Positions 16,901 to 26,319 of a stretch of DNA of 64,000 nt are shown here, in pieces. The notes under the pieces were generated by a model. That model did no database searches. It was not told the DNA's origin and saw nothing but the letters and a program-made list of their open reading frames with translations. Source of the DNA: a virus (Duplodnaviria; Caudoviricetes). Location of the stretch: the IMG/VR virus record IMGVR_UViG_3300007770_001239, positions 9,230 to 73,229 of that record, one strand, 5' to 3'. A program made the position numbers and the translations under genes. Every line of letters begins with the position of its first letter. The first letter of the stretch is position 1.

Positions 16901-19208
16901 TCTTCAACTTCAAAACGCCGGCGGAGATCTTCATCTAAGCTCTAGCGCGCCAGGAAATGCATGGACCCAGACAGTAATATCATCTTCGCATGATATAAAC
17001 ATTAAGGCTGGACTCGGTAGTTTGCTTGGTGTAAATACCGGTGGTACATTCAAAGTAACTGGTTCAACATACTCATTCCAGATGGCTGCTGGTCAGAAGA
17101 TGTATCTGGACGAGGGAACAGACGTCAGTCTTCAGCTTGACAGCAATCTATTAAAGATCAATCTTGGTGGCGCTTATACCGGACTAAGATTAGACGATGC
17201 ATCGCATATCTATTTTGATGGGTCTGCAAAGTACGTGCATGATTCCGGTCAAGTGTCAGATGGCGCACTAACGTATCAAGGAACTGACATCACTGTTAAT
17301 GCTTCAGCTGATGGTATCATTAACGCTGGGGGCGATCACCTCCAGCTTCGTAATAGAACATACGGAAAGGCTGTTGATTTACATGCAGGCTCAGCTTGGG
17401 TGTGGAGCGCTGCCGGTCAAAATAACAGATCAGGCGCGATATTAGTCGCATCATCATCTGCAACGGGTTTACCAGATAGAGGGTACCTCTCATTAGGTTC
17501 TCAGCGAGGTGAGTTAACGAACGAAGTATTCTACAACGGTAGACATACAGACGTTGCAATCTGGGTTTCAGGAACGATGGGTGGACGAGGAAATGCATTC
17601 CCATCCGTCACGGCTTTCGGCGGTGACGTCGTTATGTCAGGAAGCCTCTCGCTTGCAGAATATATCTATCTCGAAGACTCTACTGCTACGAACATCAGGT
17701 TTAGAAGCAATAGGATTGATCTAAGCGCAAATTCCGTACAGTTGATATCGCTACAGCCAACTGCAGGAACACCTTCAATAGCAATTAACGGCGACCAAGG
17801 TCAGTTTACTACTAGCATTGGCGGTCATGGTAGCCTTATTTTTGCAGCAGCTGGTCATGATAGCACAAATAGAGCCTTGTTCTTCTCCGATGGAACCGGG
17901 GAAGCAGCAGGACTTGACGTCAAATTCTACGTATCCGGTGCAGCCGGGTCCAGGAATAGTAGTACAAGAGGTACAACAGTGTTTGGCGGAGATGTTCACT
18001 GTTCGGGATCGTTAAGCACAGACACTTTGTCACTTGATAGCTTGACGCTTGATGCAACAAACTCGAAACTCGGATTCTATAACGCTAGCAATTTTTATAT
18101 CCAAAAGTCTTCCGCAGACCTGGTGTTTAAGGATTCAAACCTGGGCACTCAGAAAACGCTAACGCAGTTGGCAAGTCAGGCTATGACCGAAAATCTGTTC
18201 AGCGTTACACAGACGGCTGTCGGAGTACCGAACTACGGAATGACAACAGGATCATTCTCATTCGATACCGGTGTAGGGGGTCCATCTGCGAACAATGCAA
18301 GGGCAACAAACGCCATCGGTGGAGATGTTTACTTCTTCGTCAGCGGGACGATGGGAGCAAAAGCTCTACATCCAGCCGCTACTCCAAACAGAGGCGTGTC
18401 GGTGTTCGGTGGAGACATGCACGTATCGGGCGCGATCACGAGCGATAACACTGCATTCGGCGGGAGCTTAGATGATGCTTATGACATGCCAAACGGTGGC
18501 GGGACACCCTCGACTGGTGCAGGAAGATCAATAACAGTTAACGGTCCACCCGTCGCATTAGCAAACGGCGCGTCTCTCGTAACATCAGACTTGTTGGTCG
18601 TTTCCGGGGGAATAGCGATGGGCCAAATGCGTATGGTGCCTATGGCCGACACTGATAGCTTTTATACAAAAGCAGGTTTGTTCCTTACATCAAGCGCAGG
18701 GGAACTATCGTTCGGCGCGGGGGGAGCACCTTCGGCGGCGAAAACGGCATTTACCATTAACTCAAATGCAAATGTGATGATGCAACAAGCTTCAGGTGTT
18801 GGAAAGAAACTAGCATTCTCGCCGTCTGAAGCAGCGACGTATTTACAGTACACAAATGCAAACGGATCGAATCCGGGCGGTCGTCAATTGACTATGGCTA
18901 ACCAAACAACTGCCGGGATCATTCGACTCATTGCGGGTAACGACAATGGCGTAGGTAACCCAGGAACCGGAACAGGATTCGATGGAGTCGTTCATTGTAC
19001 AGGTAGCTTCCTCCCTGGTTTCGATCAAGAGTATAATCTTGGATCAGCAACAAAGCGCTGGGCGAATGTATACACCGGTGACCTCCATTTGAGAAATGAT
19101 CGTGGAAACTGGACTATTTATGAGGAACCAGACATGCTGGTCGTGGTGAATAACCTCACCGGAAAGAAATACAAAATGGGACTTACCCCCCTCGAGGATG
19201 AAGAATAA
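13962..19208 (+). CDS. Giant tail-fibre protein (1748 aa)
   Basis: Gly/Ser/Thr-rich with internal repeats; C-terminal YNLGSATKRWANVYTGDLHL..RGNWTIYEE..LVVVNNLTGKKYKM typical of fibre C-termini in marine tailed phages. Confidence 0.8.
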   Translation: MARDFRADQIRVNKIIASGSSWPLATGRAVDTNGNPTPAEQYHPNLGLLFYSSSAAADYSGVIEGSTDLMNQFGNEPWLVFSGSANNTALTPVGDGSAVLFLGDVIISGTLFGKRQLIQIDSDVPNDFYVQGNTHLSGNFFAGPTSYDNGGTHTQNMTVYPNQRGDRGVKINSDMIVYTRGSSAMPPRISFRTLTWEDRLTPATGNEHPDVFFHVSGTVGGRLGNQRGIALFGGDLHVSGNFSVDGSNDLVKFQEDMILNNTRSMPPNFGHDYTNPANLPPPLSRIKKLDRWTVGQFAPNASSWWSVLHNSSSTAVGGHGGWKLKVKGGAPWNGNEFTVSGSGDVGIDPGKTFWFDSRGATKTGIKHTWAVGSNKLQISGNIPTSYEFNHGVVTGSGGFHLPQGTSAEGRFGQSMGIMFRGEGSGLAGNEADIGIYYNGSVLTNPILGGTTNTLVFTGTNAASDGWMGVGGKLQLIAHGGLGKFQASTNMFLGTDSGDININPGGGNVVFKDATGAAVVDIDTSNEHLRLPSTADPDDYFQIAVGAAGTTTIKTFDDAATGAHLTVNIDGNIAMNAADASTIGLGNSNADTGKITIGGSVANRSEIELNATNIDVNAGSGGINLDAAGQSHLTTTAGTLTLDGAGGVNIVGNSSEVDITTTGGVDINSAAFDVDASGAIALDSDSTFNIGATNFVVTADGGAGDGAISLQTTDTTNGVKICTVGGASAVPIQIGGATSTVTIGNDLSVGTNAHSGSVDVWGDLTVHGSFIKGHIISASVGDPLLLLNSGALSSNSGGGIAIASGSNQTNIAMVFGRDTSFVNTFLVGTLDVGDGDSQSETKVDLSGATPIPIRTTGVRFPAGMALTSSQVTAGPYHLSMSNPSNKGGIRIRAGNPVVGVNQGPVQLSGSMFSIQPDRKVYLLESDPGTHTGAWLKGNSSSGLITVSAPDGVTIQGEKPELRLADTYKMLTCFGGGAGTANLQLQNAGGDLHLSSSAPGNAWTQTVISSSHDINIKAGLGSLLGVNTGGTFKVTGSTYSFQMAAGQKMYLDEGTDVSLQLDSNLLKINLGGAYTGLRLDDASHIYFDGSAKYVHDSGQVSDGALTYQGTDITVNASADGIINAGGDHLQLRNRTYGKAVDLHAGSAWVWSAAGQNNRSGAILVASSSATGLPDRGYLSLGSQRGELTNEVFYNGRHTDVAIWVSGTMGGRGNAFPSVTAFGGDVVMSGSLSLAEYIYLEDSTATNIRFRSNRIDLSANSVQLISLQPTAGTPSIAINGDQGQFTTSIGGHGSLIFAAAGHDSTNRALFFSDGTGEAAGLDVKFYVSGAAGSRNSSTRGTTVFGGDVHCSGSLSTDTLSLDSLTLDATNSKLGFYNASNFYIQKSSADLVFKDSNLGTQKTLTQLASQAMTENLFSVTQTAVGVPNYGMTTGSFSFDTGVGGPSANNARATNAIGGDVYFFVSGTMGAKALHPAATPNRGVSVFGGDMHVSGAITSDNTAFGGSLDDAYDMPNGGGTPSTGAGRSITVNGPPVALANGASLVTSDLLVVSGGIAMGQMRMVPMADTDSFYTKAGLFLTSSAGELSFGAGGAPSAAKTAFTINSNANVMMQQASGVGKKLAFSPSEAATYLQYTNANGSNPGGRQLTMANQTTAGIIRLIAGNDNGVGNPGTGTGFDGVVHCTGSFLPGFDQEYNLGSATKRWANVYTGDLHLRNDRGNWTIYEEPDMLVVVNNLTGKKYKMGLTPLEDEE
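14187..18437 (+). repeat. Dispersed protein repeat DVxFxVSG-x(8-16)-FGGDxxxSG (four clear copies, one degenerate)
   Basis: Copies near 14187 (degenerate), 14589, 17550, 17916 and 18324; diverged at DNA level. Confidence 0.75.
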
Positions 19209-22200
19209 TGTCAGTTTTCACTACAGTCTTATCAGCGTCTGATGGCGTTCAGGTTACCGGATCAGTTGACATCAAGGGTCAAGGACTAATAACAGCTGGA
19301 ATTATTTCTGGTTCAGCGATTGCAATTACAGGATCAGCTCATTTGGGGCATCCCGCTGGTCAATCAGCTCTAGTATTTAGTCGAATAGATTCTGATGTCC
19401 AGGCAGACGAGCAGCTTGGGTCGATCCAATTTGATGGTCGTGATTCGAATAGCGCCGGAGTCGGCGCAGAGATTCGCGGGGAAGCGGCTGACACATGGGC
19501 GAGCAATGATCGTCGAGCAACTGATATTAAATTCTTTACACAAGATAATACGTCCGGAGTTAACACATTGACGGGCGCAAGGCTGACCGTATCCTCATCG
19601 GGTGGGGTCGGAGCTGACATTCATATACATACTCCAGTGCTACAGGTTGGTACGGGAGGTGATGGAAACCAAGGAAAAACAGGTTCTGGAGTCCAAGCAA
19701 GAGTTTCCGCATGCACCACGGGTGATGAGGGTGATGCCGGTATAGAAATAGAGGCAGGTGGAACTACCAACACATCTGCTCTTACGTTTGCCAGGGACAA
19801 CAACACTTCCGAACGACAGGGGTGGTATGTCGACTGGAATGCAGCAGATGCCGATCGCGTAACGTATAGACAGTCGGATGCAACTGACCTCGGAGCATCA
19901 CCGATTGCGATTACTGACCCGGCCGAGAACACTGATGGTTCTGGAGGTTGGACAGTCAGAGTTGGGGGCGGGGGAGCATGGACGGCGCAGAATGCCGCTT
20001 GGGATAGGAAGCCCAGTCTTCTTGTGACTTCATCTTATTTTAGCAGGCAGTCTTTAATAACAATCCGAAACATGAATCAGAGCAATCCCTCGACAGGCCT
20101 TGCAGGGCACAAAGACGCTGTTCCGGGTATTGCATGGAATTATCTGCAAAAGAATGGCGCTCAAAATAATGGCATCTGGACGATGGGCATCGAACCATAT
20201 AACAAGTCACTGACCATTGGTTCACCATCCGGAGGCTTGAGCACGGGATATAACAGAAATACAACTGCGATGGTATTTGGTGAAGCCGGCGATAACACGA
20301 AGGTAGGAATTGGAGGCGACAGTGTCACGTGGGGACCAGGAACAGGTGGCAATACTAGATCACTAATCCCCAGTGCTACGCTTCATGTTGGTAATCAGAA
20401 TAACAATCCGTATTCATCGATGGATAAAACGTTAACTCAAACATCAACACTTCTTCTGGATAATTCTATTAACGGTAGCGGTGAAGTTCAAGCAACCCTA
20501 ACGTTCGATGTTTCCACGCAATCTGATATTGAATACCATTCTGCTCATATTGCATGTGTCAATGACGGTGCTGCAGCTGGACATACATCTTACTTATCAA
20601 CAGGTCTATATGACGGATCTGGCAACAAGGATTCAACGCGGTCGCGGATAAGGGTCGACAGCCAGGGTGGCATCATCGTATTAAGCGGTACAATGCCCGG
20701 TGCCGGCACAGGTTGGCCACGAAATGGAAATAGCTTTTATGATATAAGCGCAGGAGATGTACCATCTGGATCTCTATCACTGATTTCATTAATGGATGGA
20801 ACATATGGGAAGTCACAGCCAACCCTAAACTTTGTTAGCTGGACAGGTACCAATGGTAATCAGGGTGCCATTGCAGATGGGGCTGAATTAGGTAGAATAA
20901 CTTGGTGGAGTTCCGATAGCGGGAATTCAACAGACAATGATCGAACAGCCGCATTCATTCAGGCAGTTGCAACGCTAGCTCACGGTGGATCTAATGAATC
21001 TCCCGCTGAACTTCAATTCTTCACACGATGGAGTGGGGACTCCGAACCGCAGAAACAGATGGTGATTTCGCAGGGCGGTAATTTGCTACTCGGTCAAGGA
21101 TACATGCAACTCGGCGGTAATCAGATAAGGGATGCTGGTGATAATATTGTCATCAAGATGGACGGTTCAGGTAACCTGAATAAGGGACTGACAATCTCCC
21201 CCGCGGGTGCCGGCACACACGTATCTCTAAACATGGGGAACAGAGGTGCCACAAATGATACGATCATCAAACTGGGAAATGCTGGAAGAGTAGGTCAACT
21301 TGGGGTTGATTATTCTGATACATCTTTTAAGATCGGTTTAGACACAGGGTATGATGATTTTGGCGCAACTGCGATTACGATTGACTCATCTCTCAAAACT
21401 ACTCTCTCAGGAACGCTTCAAGTTGGTGGAAATATAATCAAAGCTTCTGACGGTGGCAACACCATTACTATGGACACCAGTGATAATGTCACTATTGCCG
21501 GCGACCTAACCGTCGGAGGTAATGATATTAAGGATTCCGGTAGTAATACATTCATCGGGTCTGACGGTACTGGAAATATTAACGATCTCGGTATAATCAC
21601 CGTCCCTACAACAACTTTCCGCAGCGCGACCACATCATTCCATCCAGAGATTCACCTTGAGTCGACCGACGCAACAACAGGTGATGCTGCAGAGATCCAC
21701 TTTAGCAGATACGACGACGCGGTGTTACAGGCTGGTGACAAGCTGGGTGAAATATATTTCAATGGTACCGAAACAAATGACAACACATATTTTCAAGCCG
21801 CAGTCATCGAAGGACAGGTAGGTACCGGCACATGGACGGATAGTTCATCCCAACCAGGAAGATTGTCATTCTACACAGTGGCAAACGGAGCTACATCACA
21901 GACTGAACGAATGACAATCGATTCCGACGGATCCGTCGAAATTACCGGTGACTTATTCGTTAATGACTACGCTCGAATCGATGCGCTGAGAGTTGGCACA
22001 ACCTCTACAGATCCTGGAGACGGTAATCTTTACGTCGAAGGAGAAGTTCAAACAGCACAGATATCGTATACAGACGGTGACGATGCTATAACAATCGCCG
22101 ATGGCGGATACACATCATATGCTGTGGGTAACACCAACGCCGGTGGCATACTGGTTAGCGACAATGCCAGCGCTGGTGATAACGAATGGTGTAAATTTGC

Positions 22201-23395
22201 ACAGGCAACACCAACGAGCAAATGCGCTGAAGGTACTTTTATTGTTAATCTGGGTGGGGCGATGACGTCCACCTACGTCAAATCTTCGACCTACATAATT
22301 TTCGCAAAGGTGGCCGATAATTCTGCTACTAACATGATTCTTACTGCAGAACCACTTTCTCGTGGTCTGGATGGGCCGACGTCAGCTGATCAACCATGGG
22401 ATCCAACAACCGACCTTGCATGTACTTGGACAAACAACACAGCAGAGCTTTGGATTAAGACTACGACAACAAATGTTGGATGTTGGGTCACTGCTCTTAG
22501 TGGACCGACTGTGACCGAAGAAAGAATAACCTCATGGACTATTCCAATTGGCGGAGATCAAGAAGGATGGCTTGCTTCCATCGACGATCTCGGTACCATA
22601 ACTTACGGTACATGGGCAGAAAAGATATTCTCGAAAGTTACAGCACCGACATTTGCAGGGGTGGGTGACATAACTCTTGATGCTGTTGGAGATATTATTC
22701 TTGCCGCTGATGGTGATCAGATCGTGATGACAGACGGGTCAACGACACGACTTACATTCAATGTCGATTCGACTCCGGAAATCGATTTCTTTGGTGCTGC
22801 CAGAATAGACTGTGATAGTACTCTAGAGCTTGAATGTCAAGGTAGCATGTTATTGGACATTAACAGTAACGGTCATTTTCGAGTATCTTTAACTAGCGCG
22901 ACGTCATACGGATTTGAGGTTCATGATGATGGACACTTCTACGCGCAGAGTTTAAGCAGTAATGGTGGTACAAATTACGCACGGTATGATACCGGCACTG
23001 GTGAAATATCGTATTGGACAAGTACAGAGAAAGTGAAAGAAAACATTAGGGATCTGCCGCTTGACTACGCACCATTATTAGCAATGCAACCAAGAATATT
23101 CGACTTCAAAGCCGCGCAAGGTGGGAATAAAAATGTTGTTGGATTTATCGCTGAAGAAATTGCCACAGCTCATCCAGGATCAGCTGCCCTGGGGCCTGAT
23201 TGGGACTATGATGAAGATGGGTATGTAAAACTAATCGATGCAGTACGTGAGGAAGACGGTGAGCCTACAAAAGCGAAAGTATTACTAAGCGAAAACAAGG
23301 TACCAATAGCATGGGATGATGCTGCAACGACAGCTTACCTTGTAAAAATCATACAAGACCTACATGCTAGAATACAGGATCTAGAAAACAGCTAA
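19208..23395 (+). CDS. Tail-fibre protein (1395 aa) with C-terminal peptidase-S74 intramolecular chaperone
   Basis: STEKVKENI...QPRIFDF...GFIAEE...LVKIIQDLHARIQDLE; three copies of an LGxIxFxG...PxxLxFxT module; GGNxIK repeats. Confidence 0.85.
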   Translation: MSVFTTVLSASDGVQVTGSVDIKGQGLITAGIISGSAIAITGSAHLGHPAGQSALVFSRIDSDVQADEQLGSIQFDGRDSNSAGVGAEIRGEAADTWASNDRRATDIKFFTQDNTSGVNTLTGARLTVSSSGGVGADIHIHTPVLQVGTGGDGNQGKTGSGVQARVSACTTGDEGDAGIEIEAGGTTNTSALTFARDNNTSERQGWYVDWNAADADRVTYRQSDATDLGASPIAITDPAENTDGSGGWTVRVGGGGAWTAQNAAWDRKPSLLVTSSYFSRQSLITIRNMNQSNPSTGLAGHKDAVPGIAWNYLQKNGAQNNGIWTMGIEPYNKSLTIGSPSGGLSTGYNRNTTAMVFGEAGDNTKVGIGGDSVTWGPGTGGNTRSLIPSATLHVGNQNNNPYSSMDKTLTQTSTLLLDNSINGSGEVQATLTFDVSTQSDIEYHSAHIACVNDGAAAGHTSYLSTGLYDGSGNKDSTRSRIRVDSQGGIIVLSGTMPGAGTGWPRNGNSFYDISAGDVPSGSLSLISLMDGTYGKSQPTLNFVSWTGTNGNQGAIADGAELGRITWWSSDSGNSTDNDRTAAFIQAVATLAHGGSNESPAELQFFTRWSGDSEPQKQMVISQGGNLLLGQGYMQLGGNQIRDAGDNIVIKMDGSGNLNKGLTISPAGAGTHVSLNMGNRGATNDTIIKLGNAGRVGQLGVDYSDTSFKIGLDTGYDDFGATAITIDSSLKTTLSGTLQVGGNIIKASDGGNTITMDTSDNVTIAGDLTVGGNDIKDSGSNTFIGSDGTGNINDLGIITVPTTTFRSATTSFHPEIHLESTDATTGDAAEIHFSRYDDAVLQAGDKLGEIYFNGTETNDNTYFQAAVIEGQVGTGTWTDSSSQPGRLSFYTVANGATSQTERMTIDSDGSVEITGDLFVNDYARIDALRVGTTSTDPGDGNLYVEGEVQTAQISYTDGDDAITIADGGYTSYAVGNTNAGGILVSDNASAGDNEWCKFAQATPTSKCAEGTFIVNLGGAMTSTYVKSSTYIIFAKVADNSATNMILTAEPLSRGLDGPTSADQPWDPTTDLACTWTNNTAELWIKTTTTNVGCWVTALSGPTVTEERITSWTIPIGGDQEGWLASIDDLGTITYGTWAEKIFSKVTAPTFAGVGDITLDAVGDIILAADGDQIVMTDGSTTRLTFNVDSTPEIDFFGAARIDCDSTLELECQGSMLLDINSNGHFRVSLTSATSYGFEVHDDGHFYAQSLSSNGGTNYARYDTGTGEISYWTSTEKVKENIRDLPLDYAPLLAMQPRIFDFKAAQGGNKNVVGFIAEEIATAHPGSAALGPDWDYDEDGYVKLIDAVREEDGEPTKAKVLLSENKVPIAWDDAATTAYLVKIIQDLHARIQDLENS

Positions 23396-23534
23396 TTCAA
23401 TTAATTAATTAATTAGAAAATTTACTAAAGAAAACAGATATACTGGATTACTGGGAAGCTGAATTCAGAATTAATATACAGCAGCTGTAAAATTTGTACA
23501 CCAAAAAAAGTTGAAAAAATCTGATTTTTCTATC

Positions 23535-23562
23535 TTTACAGTCAATCAAGAGGGCTTATTAT
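23535..23562 (+). promoter_or_regulatory. Sigma70-like promoter for the glycosylation island
   Basis: TTTACA-N16-TATTAT, SD AGGAG at 23571-23575, ATG at 23582. Confidence 0.45.
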
Positions 23563-23581
23563 TCATCAGCAGGAGTGTTTG

Positions 23582-25534
23582 ATGTTTACTAGTCCCTTTG
23601 AGACTCCGCAGATACCGGTTGTAGATCCGGATGCGGATATTATTTTTGTTGCAGATTTCTTTATAGAAGATTATGCAGGTGGTGCAGAAATGACCACTGA
23701 AGCTTTGATACAATCAGCAACAGATCTGAAAGTTCAGAAGCTTCACTCTCATCACATAGCTATGAACCATCTTAAGGGTGGTATGGACAAGCATTGGGTT
23801 TTTGGAAATATTGCTGGATTAAAACCCGATTTGATTGCCAGCATTATTGGTAACCTCTCTTATTCTATACTTGAATACGATTATAAGTTTTGTCAGTATC
23901 GATCGATAGAGAAGCATGAACATGAGACCGGTTCTCCTTGCGATTGTTCCGAGCAGTTACATGGAAAAATGATATCAGCTTTCTTTCATGGCTCAAAATC
24001 GATTTGGTGGATGAGCGAAGAGCAAGAAAAAAGATACCTGGAAAGATTTCCGTTTCTAGCAGATAATGCAAGATGCGTGCTAAGTAGCGTATTCGGTGAA
24101 AATTTCTTTCGCATGGTCGGTGCATTAGCTGAAGTTGCTAGAGAGAACCCACCAGAGCGCAAGGGCTGGATCGTCTTGGGTTCGGATTCTTGGATTAAGG
24201 GTGCTGAGGATGCCATAGCTTATTGTGAAAAAAATAATTTAGAACATGAAGTCGTCTGGGGTATACCACATGATCAGTTACTAGCGAAGCTAGCCGTATC
24301 AGAAGGGTTTGTTTATCTGCCTCGAGGGGGAGATACATGCCCGAGGATGGTGATTGAAGCCAGAGCAGTTGGGTGTGATATTGTTCTTAATGAAAATGTA
24401 CAGCATAAGAATGAAGAGTGGTTTACTGGTGATGAGCTAGATATGATGTCATATCTTTATGCAGCTCGTGAACGGTTTTGGACTGCCATAAAATCAGTCG
24501 CAAGTTATGTTCCATCGCTCAGTGGCTACACGACAGTAAGAAATGCGATTGATATGAAATACCCCTGGATGGCAACTGTGCAATCTATGTTAGGCTTCTG
24601 TCATGAGGTTGTCGTTGTAGATGGCGGTTCTACAGACGGTACCTGGGAAAAATTACAAACATGGGCAGAAGAAGAAGAGAGATTAAAGATCGAGCAGATT
24701 TCTGTTGATGAGGCTAGCCCAAGCTTTGCATATGAATCAGACGGTATGCTAAAGGCTGCTGCAAGAGATTTGTGCACATCAGAATATTGTTGGCAGATGG
24801 ATGCAGATGAAGTGGTTCATGAACATGATTATGCGAAGGTTCATAATCTCTTAAGAGGGTTCCCACGCTATACAAATCTAGTGTCACTTCCCGTGATTGA
24901 GTATTGGGGGTCCACGGAGAAGGTGAGGATGGATATAAATCCCTGGAAGTGGAGATTGAGTAGGAATCTTCCGCATATAACTCAGGGCATACCCGCAGCG
25001 CTTCGTAATGTTGATGATGAAGGGTATGAATACGCGTCGATGGGAACAGATAGCTGTGATTATATCGATAGAGAGTCTGGTGAATTAATTCCTCATGCTG
25101 GATTTTATGATGAACAAATTCATAATATCAGACTAGCAGGTCTGGGTGGTAATGAAGAAGCTCGAAAGACTTATGAAACATGGTTTAATAATGTAATTGA
25201 TTCTCTCCCAGGTGTGCATCACTATTCGTGGTATAACATCGCGAATAAAATAGGTCAGTATAAATTACATTGGGGTAAGTTTTGGAAGAGTATGTATCGT
25301 TTTGATACAGAAGACACAGCTGAAAATAACGTCATGTTTGATAAACCATGGGTTGATGTAACAGATGACGATGTCGATAAGATGTCGACAAAACTAGCCA
25401 CAGAATTAGGCGGGTGGATTTTTCATAACAAGGTTGATTTTACGCAAAAAGTCCCCCATATTTCTGTACAACGAGAGCATCCTTCTACATTTATAGCATA
25501 CGAGAAAAGTCTGCAAAAATTAAATGAGGAATAA
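23582..25534 (+). CDS. Two-domain glycosyltransferase (GT-B/GT4-like N-half fused to GT2-like C-half)
   Basis: N: FVADFF..YAGGAE, FVYLP..GDTCPRMVIEARAVGC; C: SGYTTVRNA, VVVVDGGSTDGTWE, WQMDADE (ORF track start TTG 23579). Confidence 0.8.
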   Translation: MFTSPFETPQIPVVDPDADIIFVADFFIEDYAGGAEMTTEALIQSATDLKVQKLHSHHIAMNHLKGGMDKHWVFGNIAGLKPDLIASIIGNLSYSILEYDYKFCQYRSIEKHEHETGSPCDCSEQLHGKMISAFFHGSKSIWWMSEEQEKRYLERFPFLADNARCVLSSVFGENFFRMVGALAEVARENPPERKGWIVLGSDSWIKGAEDAIAYCEKNNLEHEVVWGIPHDQLLAKLAVSEGFVYLPRGGDTCPRMVIEARAVGCDIVLNENVQHKNEEWFTGDELDMMSYLYAARERFWTAIKSVASYVPSLSGYTTVRNAIDMKYPWMATVQSMLGFCHEVVVVDGGSTDGTWEKLQTWAEEEERLKIEQISVDEASPSFAYESDGMLKAAARDLCTSEYCWQMDADEVVHEHDYAKVHNLLRGFPRYTNLVSLPVIEYWGSTEKVRMDINPWKWRLSRNLPHITQGIPAALRNVDDEGYEYASMGTDSCDYIDRESGELIPHAGFYDEQIHNIRLAGLGGNEEARKTYETWFNNVIDSLPGVHHYSWYNIANKIGQYKLHWGKFWKSMYRFDTEDTAENNVMFDKPWVDVTDDDVDKMSTKLATELGGWIFHNKVDFTQKVPHISVQREHPSTFIAYEKSLQKLNEE

Positions 25535-25536
25535 AA

Positions 25537-26319
25537 ATGCCCAAAGTCTCCATTATTCTTCCGGTTCATAACGGAGAGAAAAAAATATCGCGTGCGTTGA
25601 CGTCGCTAGCGAAGCAAACATATCGAGACTTTGAAACAGTATTAGTAGACAATAATTGCACTGACTTGACCGTTGAGGTTGCAATGCAATTCAAGGATTC
25701 TGTGAATCTAAGAGTTGTGAAATGTGAAGTGCAGGGATTGGTCGCTGCTTTAAATTTTGGTATTGCAAATTCGGATAGCGAATTTATAGCTCGTCAAGAT
25801 GATGATGATTATTGGTACCCGGATAAGCTAGAAAAGCAGATGAAGTATTTTGAAGAAAATCCAGATGTTGATGTATTGGGTACTCAAATTAGGTTGTTGG
25901 ATACCGATGGAAGAGTTGAAGAACTTGGTACTTTTGGATCAGCAGTAACGTACGCTGTACATGATCAAGCAATGAAGATGGCTTTGTTAATCGGCCAAAA
26001 TCCGATATGTCATCCTTCAGTCGTTTTCAAAAGAGCTGTTATTCTGAAAGTTGGTGGGTACGTCGATATTTGGCATCTAACAGAAGATCTTGAATTGTGG
26101 TGTAGAATGATTCCATTTGCAAAATTTGCGAATATAGATGAAGTGCTGATTGACTATACTCAGACGATACGGGATGACTATGATCCGAATCTAGCTATCT
26201 TGATTTCAGATATGTACTATCATCTTTATAAGGTGCTAGGGTATGTTAAGGGTGAAAGACCTCCGGTACTTGCAGAGTGGCAAGTCGATCAGATGATGGA
26301 GAAGAATAATGACAAATAA
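25537..26319 (+). CDS. GT2 glycosyltransferase
   Basis: VSIILPVHNGE, VDNNCTD, ARQDDDDYW, ICHPSVV, EDLELW. Confidence 0.9.
   Translation: MPKVSIILPVHNGEKKISRALTSLAKQTYRDFETVLVDNNCTDLTVEVAMQFKDSVNLRVVKCEVQGLVAALNFGIANSDSEFIARQDDDDYWYPDKLEKQMKYFEENPDVDVLGTQIRLLDTDGRVEELGTFGSAVTYAVHDQAMKMALLIGQNPICHPSVVFKRAVILKVGGYVDIWHLTEDLELWCRMIPFAKFANIDEVLIDYTQTIRDDYDPNLAILISDMYYHLYKVLGYVKGERPPVLAEWQVDQMMEKNNDK

Noticed and set aside
13962-23395. Diversity-generating retroelement or invertible fibre-tip cassette
   Set aside because: No reverse transcriptase, invertase or near-identical DNA template/variable repeat pair was seen; the repeats are diverged at DNA level
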